A stretch of DNA of 62,169 bases from an uncultured virus (IMG/VR IMGVR_UViG_3300044540_000246) (lineage: Duplodnaviria > Heunggongvirae > Uroviricota > Caudoviricetes), in the IMG/VR virus record IMGVR_UViG_3300044540_000246; one strand, 5' to 3'. Below the pieces are notes generated by a model that saw only the letters and a list, made by a program, of their open reading frames with translations, was not told the DNA's origin and made no database searches. Numbering within the stretch: position 1 is the stretch's first letter; each line of letters begins with the position of its first letter. Shown here in pieces: positions 51,321-58,947 of this stretch. The position numbers and the translations under genes are program-made.

Positions 51321-52019
51321 TCACGACCAGCGAGCGATGGCGGTAACGGTTCCGGGCGCGATCTCGGTGAAGCCGGCATCCTCGACCCGGACCGGCGCGA
51401 GGTCGACCAGGGTGCGCCAGCGCCACGGTTCGGGGTGCTCAACCGCAACCGGGTATCCGTCTGCAGCCCAGCGGTCGCGTCGACGGGCCGGCATTGCGGC
51501 GAGCGCGATTTGGGCGGCATGGCCCGCCGCAGCAGCCGCTTTCCCGAGCGAAAGGTGCGGGTCGGTGCTGATCGACACGACCAGGGGCCCGCTCGCGATC
51601 GGGGCCATTATCTCCGGGCCGAGGACGACTGGTTCCGAACCGGTCAGCTGCAGTCGGCGGATGCTGGACGGGATCTCGTTAACTGCGGTGGGGACCAGTG
51701 CGCGAACTGTCGCGCCGCCATGTGCGGAGACGGTGGCAATCAGGCCGGGTGCAGCGTCTACCTTCTCGAAGTCGGTGGCGGTCCGCGCACGGCGGGCATG
51801 CTTGCGGATCCGGCCGGCGGTCCACCGGACGATCGCGTCATGCCACTCCCCGCCGGGCTGGGAGCGCGGGTCGGTCAGGACGTGAACTACGGCGGTCGCA
51901 GCGGCGGAGCAGACGGCAGCGCGCGACGGAGTATCGCTGTTGCGCGGCATCCACGCGATCAGCTGCATCGCCCACGGGCTCTCGCCGTCCGGGTCGACGT
52001 GGCGGGCATCTTCGCTCAC
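51321..52019 (-). CDS. Peptidyl-tRNA hydrolase type 2 (PTH2)-like protein
   Basis: LSLGKAAAAAGHAAQ and VEDAGFTEIAPGTVT signatures; GTG 52019 after GAGGTG. Confidence 0.82.
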   Translation of the reverse strand: MSEDARHVDPDGESPWAMQLIAWMPRNSDTPSRAAVCSAAATAVVHVLTDPRSQPGGEWHDAIVRWTAGRIRKHARRARTATDFEKVDAAPGLIATVSAHGGATVRALVPTAVNEIPSSIRRLQLTGSEPVVLGPEIMAPIASGPLVVSISTDPHLSLGKAAAAAGHAAQIALAAMPARRRDRWAADGYPVAVEHPEPWRWRTLVDLAPVRVEDAGFTEIAPGTVTAIARWS

Positions 52020-52026
52020 GAGCACC

Positions 52027-52329
52027 TCACTGGTCCTGGCCGATGTCGAACAGGGACATGTCCGGCCCTGCGTCTGCGTCGTTGGCGGGAATCGCGAGAG
52101 GGATGTCCGCCCCGGCAGGGTCTGGGGCCTCGGTCCACTCCGAATATGTCGTGGTGACGGTTCGGATCCGCATGATCGGCCGGGAGCCGAGCTGCACGTG
52201 CGCCTCGTAGCGGTGCCATGCGAACGCAGCATCGTCGAGGACGCCGGTCGGCACGAGCGACCCGTCGTTGCGATAGGCCCAGACCTCGTATTCGGTCCGG
52301 GTCGTGCTCCGGTCTGCGGTCATGGTCAT
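52027..52329 (-). CDS. Small hypothetical protein
   Basis: ATGA-coupled within the operon. Confidence 0.6.
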   Translation of the reverse strand: MTMTADRSTTRTEYEVWAYRNDGSLVPTGVLDDAAFAWHRYEAHVQLGSRPIMRIRTVTTTYSEWTEAPDPAGADIPLAIPANDADAGPDMSLFDIGQDQ

Positions 52330-52910
52330 GCTCCCGATGGGTCAAGGTGGGCGGCGATGCGAGTGACATCGTTGAACGTCAGGCCGACAGCAGGGTCCGT
52401 CGCAATCAGCAGGCCGGGACTTGCTGGGAACGCTGACGCGTCGTCGGCGCCCGGCGTCAGACCCGCCATGGCGATGGCTTCGTCGTCGACCCATGCGTAC
52501 GGGCGCGGATGCGCAGCGAGATGTGTTCGAAGCGCGACATGCTTCCAGGTTGCGGGGATGGCTCCGCGGTAGCGGGGAGGCTGCTTCGCGAGGACGAACC
52601 CGCCGGCGAGTCGACCGTCGAAAGCTTTCTCAACCAGCGCACGCGCGTTCGGGCCCCACGTGGTCAACCAGCCCAAGCCGACCCGGCCGGAGGCGACGAG
52701 CTCGTCAAGTGCGTCGATGACGATGTCGTCGAAGTCGATGCGGTATTTCGCTCCGTGCGCGGTCCGCACTAGCCGCGACGACAGGCCGGCCGGCGGCGCG
52801 AGGTCGGGGTCGTCGAAGACGTTAAGGACCCCGTCGACGTCGAGGGCGAGCAGCGGCAGGCCAGTCGGAATGTCGGAGGGGCCAAGGAGCACCGGTCGGG
52901 TCGCGGTCAT
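52326..52910 (-). CDS. HAD-superfamily protein (Swiss-Army-Knife RNA-repair HAD-like)
   Basis: LALDVDGVLN, WLTTW, K, YAWVDD, DPAVGLT. Confidence 0.8.
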   Translation of the reverse strand: MTATRPVLLGPSDIPTGLPLLALDVDGVLNVFDDPDLAPPAGLSSRLVRTAHGAKYRIDFDDIVIDALDELVASGRVGLGWLTTWGPNARALVEKAFDGRLAGGFVLAKQPPRYRGAIPATWKHVALRTHLAAHPRPYAWVDDEAIAMAGLTPGADDASAFPASPGLLIATDPAVGLTFNDVTRIAAHLDPSGA

Positions 52911-53431
52911 CGGCGGCGCTCCGTGCTCTTGACGATAGTGCCCTCGGGTACATCGAGGACGAGCTCGGCGGAGTACCCGCATGAGGGGGAGGTGCGTACG
53001 GTTCGGATCCAGTCGGGCAGATCTTCGCCCTCTTCGGCCGGCGCGACTCCGATCGCCCACGTGCCGCCGGCTTTCGTGTAGAGGGCTGTGACGACTAGGG
53101 CGCTGCCGTCTGGGGCGGTCAGGACGAGCTCGAGGCCGCCAGCGGGGGTGTTGTACTCGTCGCTGATTGCTCCTTCGAGCTCGACAAGGTCGTCGCTGGC
53201 GCCGTAGACGCGCAGCTCGCGACGACCGGACAACACACGCCCGATCTCGTCGGCGGCGAGCCGATCGAGCAGGGCGCGGACCTGACAGGTCCCCCATTTC
53301 GCGCCGCAGCCACATTCCGCGTTCTGGTCATGCGCCTCATCGCCGGCGGTCGGATAGACCCGCTGATGGTCGACATAGAGCGCCGCTCGCAACGCGACGG
53401 CGTCGCGAGCTTCGAAGTTGGGGGCAGTCAT
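52907..53431 (-). CDS. Phage-like hypothetical protein
   Basis: VYGASDDLVELEGAISDE motif; coupled to the next gene. Confidence 0.65.
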   Translation of the reverse strand: MTAPNFEARDAVALRAALYVDHQRVYPTAGDEAHDQNAECGCGAKWGTCQVRALLDRLAADEIGRVLSGRRELRVYGASDDLVELEGAISDEYNTPAGGLELVLTAPDGSALVVTALYTKAGGTWAIGVAPAEEGEDLPDWIRTVRTSPSCGYSAELVLDVPEGTIVKSTERRR

Positions 53432-53448
53432 GGCGCGGACGGTTCTCT

Positions 53449-53721
53449 CTACGGGGTCGACGGTCGGTCGACGATGTCGGTCAGGTTCTCGGGCTTGGGT
53501 GCGAAGCCCGCCAGGAGCATCGGCCAAATGACCGGCAGGGTGCACGCCTCGCCCTCTCCGTGGGTGGAGTTCGCGACCGCTATCGCGGCGAGGCAGTGCG
53601 CCTCCTCGTGCGTGTCGCTGCGCTTCTGGGCGCGACCGAGGAGCCATTCCGCGGCCGCGAAGAACAGCTTTCCGACTATCCGGTCGGCCAGCGGCAGGTC
53701 CGGGCGGGCTGCGTGCGTCAT
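53449..53721 (-). CDS. Small hypothetical protein
   Basis: ATGA overlap with the upstream ORF. Confidence 0.55.
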   Translation of the reverse strand: MTHAARPDLPLADRIVGKLFFAAAEWLLGRAQKRSDTHEEAHCLAAIAVANSTHGEGEACTLPVIWPMLLAGFAPKPENLTDIVDRPSTP

Positions 53722-53888
53722 CGAGTGGTCTTCCGGGCGCTTTCCCGTGCCTCGTATGCGGCCAGGCGCGCCATCCCTTCGCGGTGCGCGGCGCGGATGT
53801 ACCAGCCGAGAGTCGCGACTCCCATGATGAGAATGGCGGGCAGGACGAAACCGCGGGTAAGGAAGTCGAGCACGGTCAGTGCTTCCAT
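53718..53888 (-). CDS. Small membrane protein
   Basis: AAGGGGG RBS; one TM segment; first gene after the promoter box at 53913-53934. Confidence 0.6.
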   Translation of the reverse strand: MEALTVLDFLTRGFVLPAILIMGVATLGWYIRAAHREGMARLAAYEARESARKTTR

Positions 53889-54001
53889 GAATGCCCCCTT
53901 TCGGACACTCACAGTATAGGCCCCCTGTACGACATTGCGGCAGTCCTCTGCGCGTTCGTTAGGGCTTCAGGAGCCATAACTGCCCGAGGAAGGTGCCCCT
54001 G

Positions 54002-55441
54002 ATGACTGCACGCGAGGAGATCATCGACGGCGGCCGCAAGATCGTCCTGCGCCGCGACAACGGCGAGCTTGCCGGCTCCCGCTCGATCGCCGGCAAGTCC
54101 GGCATCGCCGCACCGGTAGCGTCAGCCCCTGTCGCGTTCCCCGGAGCTCTCGGCATCGTCGACTCGACCCAGCTCGACGAAGCGGAGGTGTTCCTCAACC
54201 TCATTCACCACAGCGACATGCCTGCCGTCGACGAGGACTTCGATGCAGTGGAGCATCGAGCAGCATGGCTCGAGAAGCTCCCCGAACCGCTCCAGGTCGG
54301 GTACCTCACGATGCGGACCCTGCCAACCAGCCTGGGCGAGGATCAGGCGCAGTACGTCTTCACGGCGCTACGCAACAGCGTCAAGCGCTGGGATCCGGCG
54401 CCCGTGGAGCCGACGGACCAGGAGTGGGAGACATACCTCGCGGAGACGGCAGCCAAGCTCGCCGACCCGGAGAACATGATGACTCCCGAGGCTCGTGCGG
54501 ATGCGCTCGCACGTCTCGGCGCCCTGTCGATCGGTCCGAAGCCGGACGGTCCGACGTTCGCCGTCATGGTCAACGCACCCAAGCGGGCCTGGCAGGCCAA
54601 GTTCGCCCTCGATCAGCAGGCCCTACAGATCGCATCCTGGGTCGACGCAGACGAGTACGAAGTGAAGCGGATGGTCACCCGGTTCCGCAGCGAGTACTAC
54701 GCGCTCGCCGACGCCGGCACGCCGCCTGAGATCGATCCGAAGTATCACTCCGCGTGGAAGCGAACCGACTGGTACTCCCCGAAGGACGCCGCGACCGCCT
54801 ACTCGCATTGGAAGGCGGAGAACCCCGAGCTCTATCTCAACCCGGAGGAACCCCGCCGATTCGTCGCCCTTGACCTCGAAACGACCGGCCTGTCGACTCG
54901 CGACTCGGACATTATCGAGGTCGGCCTGGTCGAGTACGACGCGAAGGGTCGCGAGATCGGCAGTTGGAACCAGCTTGTTCGCCCGCCGGCGCAGCCGGAC
55001 GGCTCGATCAGCGTCGGGGACGAGAAGGTCCAGTCGGTGCACAAGATCTCCGTCGAGGACGTCATCAACCAGCCGACGTTCGACCAGATCCTTCCCGAGT
55101 TGCATAAGCGCCTCGTGGGGGCGACCGTCATTGGCCATAACCTCGCGTTCGACACCCGTCACCTGCGCACCAACTTCCGCTCCTACGCCCCCGACGGGGA
55201 TCGTGAGCTGTCGAAGGCTCCTTGGAAGGGTGAGGCGGACACGCTGTTCCACGCCGCACGACACATGGACGGCTTGGAGAACAACAAGCTGCAGACCGTG
55301 TCCCAGTCTCTCGGGATCTCGTACACCAACGGGCACCGGGCCGAGCATGACGCCCGCGCGGCCGGCGAGGTGTTCTTCGCCCTGCGTAAGCAGATTAAGC
55401 GCCGCCAGGCCGCTGCGATCGCGGCGGCAGGTCAACGATAA
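54002..55441 (+). CDS. Leader-tagged DEDDh 3'-5' exonuclease (DnaQ-like) with a large N-terminal domain
   Basis: ExoI ALDLETTG, ExoII GHNLAFD, ExoIII HRAEHDA; N-terminus RRDNGELAGSRSIAGKSGIAAP; CGTTAGG at 53957. Confidence 0.88.
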   Translation: MTAREEIIDGGRKIVLRRDNGELAGSRSIAGKSGIAAPVASAPVAFPGALGIVDSTQLDEAEVFLNLIHHSDMPAVDEDFDAVEHRAAWLEKLPEPLQVGYLTMRTLPTSLGEDQAQYVFTALRNSVKRWDPAPVEPTDQEWETYLAETAAKLADPENMMTPEARADALARLGALSIGPKPDGPTFAVMVNAPKRAWQAKFALDQQALQIASWVDADEYEVKRMVTRFRSEYYALADAGTPPEIDPKYHSAWKRTDWYSPKDAATAYSHWKAENPELYLNPEEPRRFVALDLETTGLSTRDSDIIEVGLVEYDAKGREIGSWNQLVRPPAQPDGSISVGDEKVQSVHKISVEDVINQPTFDQILPELHKRLVGATVIGHNLAFDTRHLRTNFRSYAPDGDRELSKAPWKGEADTLFHAARHMDGLENNKLQTVSQSLGISYTNGHRAEHDARAAGEVFFALRKQIKRRQAAAIAAAGQR

Positions 55442-55526
55442 CGGTCCTACGCCTGCCGGAAGCCCTCCTGCGTGACGGCTTCCGCGGGACTGCGCCAGCC
55501 AGCTCTGCCAGCGGTTGGACGTGGAA

Positions 55527-55563
55527 GCACCCCGCCGCCCGGGGACTCGGACGGCGGGGTGCT
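55527..55563. terminator. Hairpin between convergent genes
   Basis: AGCACCCCGCCG...CGGCGGGGTGCT stem. Confidence 0.7.
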
Positions 55564-55578
55564 GGCTTGGTGTGGCCG

Positions 55579-56328
55579 CTACGCGACGCTGAGGGCGCGA
55601 CGCTCCACGTCGGTCAGCGCACGGCGTTCCTGCTTGCCGAAGGAGATCCTTTCGATGATGTTGCCGTCGAGGACGCGGAGGTAGACCCCTTCATCTTCTT
55701 CCCATACCTTCGTCAGCGTCGTTCCGACGCCGGCGGCGCCGCGAGTCAGCGCGGAGCGGGTGGAGGCGAACAGTAACGACCCGCCGAGGGTGCGGCCGAG
55801 CACGAGGGGGCTGTACGACACACGCGCCAGGTGCAGGATGCGGGCGTCTTCGGCGTCGTACCAGGCGACGGCGGCGGAGCCGCGCAGCAGCGCCAGGCTG
55901 TCCGTCGCAGGTAGGCCGGAATGAAGCAGGGTGGCGAAGATCGCTTCGGTGTCGACCTGCGCGATGCGTTTGTTTGCGCCGATCAGGTCGAACAGCTCGT
56001 CGTCGTTGTAGATGACGCCGTTGTGGATGCCGACGATGCCGCCAACGTCGACGGGGTGGTTGTTGTCGTTGTTCGCTGCCTTGCCCTGGGTGGCCCAGCG
56101 GGTGTGGCCGATGAAGGTCGGGGCGGTTGCGGGGACGTGCTCGCCTTGGACGTAGGTGCTCGCGGGGATGGCGGCTTTCGAGACCCAGGTCTGGCCGTCG
56201 TCGGACAGCCAGGCGGTGCCTGTGGCGTGGCGGCCCCGGTCTTCGATGCCGAGCAGCATCTGGGTGGCGAGCGCAGTTGCGTCGATGGGTTCGGTGGGGT
56301 TGAGGCTGGCGCCTGCGATGCCGCACAT
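55579..56328 (-). CDS. Class II (Ntn) glutamine amidotransferase
   Basis: MCGIAG, RGRHATG, GHTRWATQG, NNHP, HNG, VDTE. Confidence 0.92.
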   Translation of the reverse strand: MCGIAGASLNPTEPIDATALATQMLLGIEDRGRHATGTAWLSDDGQTWVSKAAIPASTYVQGEHVPATAPTFIGHTRWATQGKAANNDNNHPVDVGGIVGIHNGVIYNDDELFDLIGANKRIAQVDTEAIFATLLHSGLPATDSLALLRGSAAVAWYDAEDARILHLARVSYSPLVLGRTLGGSLLFASTRSALTRGAAGVGTTLTKVWEEDEGVYLRVLDGNIIERISFGKQERRALTDVERRALSVA

Positions 56329-56557
56329 GGGGCACCTCCGGTTCTCTTGTCATCTTGCTTCTTCGGCCAGTCCCGACCGAAGTACGTAAACAGTATAGCA
56401 TCCCTGTACGGCAATGTGTAGTGCCGGCAGGTCCGCTCCGCCTGACGCTTCGCACACGCATCGGGAAGGCCGCCCGCCACCCGACGGTTCACCCATAGGG
56501 GAACTTGCGCATACCGAGAACCACGCTAGAGTCAAATTGACACACCGAGGAGCGAGA

Positions 56558-57340
56558 GTGAAGACGACGACAGCAGTCGCCGCCGCGCGCGACACGCCAG
56601 GTCCAGCCCGACGACCAACCGGCCCAGCCGACGGCACCGCCGTCGCAACCGGCTTCGGCGGTGCGCCGCTCACGCCCCTGCACCAGCGCTCAGCCGACGC
56701 CATTATCGCCGACTACGGGTTCCTCGTTGACGCTGTCCTGCGCCGCCTACCCCCGCCCGCGCTGCACGGCCGCGTCGCCGACATCGACGATCTCCGACAA
56801 GAGGGGCTCATCGCCCTACTCGATGCGGCCCGCACCTACAACCCCGCTGCCGGCGCAGCGTTCCCGACCTACGCCCGCGTCTGCGTCCTCAACGCCATCC
56901 GCATGGTCCTGCGCAAACTCGACGTAGTCCCCTCACAGGTAAGGCGCGACCTGCGCACCGTCCGCGCAGCAGAGGACCGCCTTGCGCAGACGGGCGACAG
57001 CGTCGACGCTTTGCCGGCAACGACCGGTTTGACCGTCAGCCAGATTCGGCACGCACGCCATTGGCAGCACCTCGCCACCACCGTCGAGCTCGACGAAAGC
57101 TCCCCCGCCTCTCATCCTTCACCGGAACAGGCGGTCCTGGCGGCGGAGGAAGCACGGGAGCTGCGCGCCGCCATTGCCGCACTACCGGAACGGCATCGAC
57201 GCGTTCTACTCAGCCGCCTGGTCCATGAGACCCCCGTCCGAACACTCGCCGCCGCCGAAGGTCTATCCCCGGCACGCATCAGCCAGTTGACCACATCAGC
57301 CATCCAGGCGCTGGAACAGATCGTCCGACCGACCCCATAA
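56558..57340 (+). CDS. RNA polymerase sigma factor, FliA/WhiG (sigma28) family
   Basis: DDLRQEGLIALLDAARTYNP...FPTYARVCVLNAI...LRKLD.VP; region 4 LPERHRRV...LSPARISQL; GAGGAG RBS before GTG 56558. Confidence 0.88.
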   Translation: MKTTTAVAAARDTPGPARRPTGPADGTAVATGFGGAPLTPLHQRSADAIIADYGFLVDAVLRRLPPPALHGRVADIDDLRQEGLIALLDAARTYNPAAGAAFPTYARVCVLNAIRMVLRKLDVVPSQVRRDLRTVRAAEDRLAQTGDSVDALPATTGLTVSQIRHARHWQHLATTVELDESSPASHPSPEQAVLAAEEARELRAAIAALPERHRRVLLSRLVHETPVRTLAAAEGLSPARISQLTTSAIQALEQIVRPTP

Positions 57341-57388
57341 AGCGCTGACCGTCGGCCGTGGAACATAACGCCGGCCGCAAGGGGGGTA

Positions 57389-57964
57389 TCAGCGAGACAA
57401 CAAGCGGCGGAAGAAGCTCCGGCGCGGCACCAGCTCGTTGCCCGCGGCCCCTTGGGCGTCGGCGGCATCCTCAGCCGAACCGTCAGCCCACACGTCCTCC
57501 TGCTGGGCCGCTTCCCACGCGAGCAGCAACGCCTCACGCTCCGCCGGCGTCTGGGTCACCATCAGCCAGAAGACCGACGCGATAACCACGACGATCGCGC
57601 CCATGAACGCGTTCCCCAGGTCATGGAACGCGCCGACGATCAGCATTGCCACCATCCATAAACCGGCCGCAGTGAAGGCGACCCGTCGACGCAGAAGAAG
57701 CGGCCAGCGTTCCCGAACGTTGAGCCGCGCATGCCAGGCGTCGTTCAGGGCGGACCACCAGACCACGTAGCCGGCCAGGAACCACGAAAGGCCCCCGAGC
57801 GACCCGGCGATCACCATTACGAGCTCGACCGCATGCAGCGCCAGGCCGACAGCGACGAGCGCGACACCTGCCGCGGCGAGGATTCCGGCGAGCGCCTTCG
57901 CGCTGCGCCCGGCGAGGATCTGCCGGTCCGCCCAGCCTCGAAAGCTGTCAAGGAGCTGGTTCAT
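57389..57964 (-). CDS. Four-TM membrane protein
   Basis: Four hydrophobic segments; GGAAAGGG RBS. Confidence 0.75.
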   Translation of the reverse strand: MNQLLDSFRGWADRQILAGRSAKALAGILAAAGVALVAVGLALHAVELVMVIAGSLGGLSWFLAGYVVWWSALNDAWHARLNVRERWPLLLRRRVAFTAAGLWMVAMLIVGAFHDLGNAFMGAIVVVIASVFWLMVTQTPAEREALLLAWEAAQQEDVWADGSAEDAADAQGAAGNELVPRRSFFRRLLSR

Positions 57965-58233
57965 TGGGGTCCCTTTCCGGGTTCGGACGTGCACGAGCAC
58001 CATCGGCGCACCGACTGGCTGCCGAGGCGGACAGCGAGCGAGAGCCCCCGCCGGTCGGCGCATCTGCGGCCATTTGGCGCCGCCATAGCCGCCCGAGGGG
58101 CAGACTCGAGTGCCTCCTCGTCGCGACAGGGACCGCCCGCCGAGCCAACGGCGACGCTGGCCGATACAGAAAGGCAAGACACGCGAGCCGTAGGGATACT
58201 GAGCACGCGCCCACCCACGCAGGAGAACAAGAC

Positions 58234-58782
58234 ATGACTATCCAGCTGCTCAAGAACAACTCAGAAGCCGACGGTCCGGTCATCGCACCGATTAAGGCCG
58301 ACGGCAGCGGCTTCCCCCTCGGCATGTACTACAACGGCTACGCCGACGTCGCCTTCGCCGACACCTACGCAGAGCTTCTCGACATCCTCATGCCCGGCTA
58401 TGCCGCGGACGACGAAGCCGCCCAGATCGCCCGCCGCATCACGCTCGCCGCCAACGTCGCCGCACAAACCCAGGCCAGCGTCATGTACGACGCCGACCGC
58501 TCCGACTTCACCGACGCCGAGTGGGAAGCCCTCACCACCCCGCGCACGATGAAACAGCCGACAGTTCTGTGGTGGACCCACGAGGTCCCCCTCGTCGTGT
58601 ACGAGACGGCATACGAGCCGTACACCGACGTCCCCCGTCCCGCATCCGCCCAGGCAGACGGCGCCGCCGACGCACCGAACCTGTGGTGGATTCGGAACGT
58701 CGAAGAAGAGGACTTTCTCATCAGCCTGCACGAAGTCGGCTACATCCGACTCATGCAGAACCTCACCATCACCGAAGACTGA
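58234..58782 (+). CDS. Hypothetical protein (acidic)
   Basis: AGGAG RBS; strongly GC3-biased codons. Confidence 0.75.
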   Translation: MTIQLLKNNSEADGPVIAPIKADGSGFPLGMYYNGYADVAFADTYAELLDILMPGYAADDEAAQIARRITLAANVAAQTQASVMYDADRSDFTDAEWEALTTPRTMKQPTVLWWTHEVPLVVYETAYEPYTDVPRPASAQADGAADAPNLWWIRNVEEEDFLISLHEVGYIRLMQNLTITED

Positions 58783-58803
58783 TCCCGGCGCCACCACCGG
58801 CCG

Positions 58804-58850
58804 CGAAGGCCCCGCACGCGCTCGAGCGCCGGCGGGGCCTTCGTGCTTTC
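58804..58850 (+). terminator. Hairpin terminator
   Basis: CGAAGGCCCCGC...GCGGGGCCTTCG followed by TGCTTTC. Confidence 0.7.
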
Positions 58851-58947
58851 TCGCGGCGGGCGCCTACGCCACCAGCCGCCGGCTCGTTAGGGACCCCGTT
58901 GGACGGAACGACCGTCCCGCGCAGCCCTAAACGTCGCCGAGGTCCCC

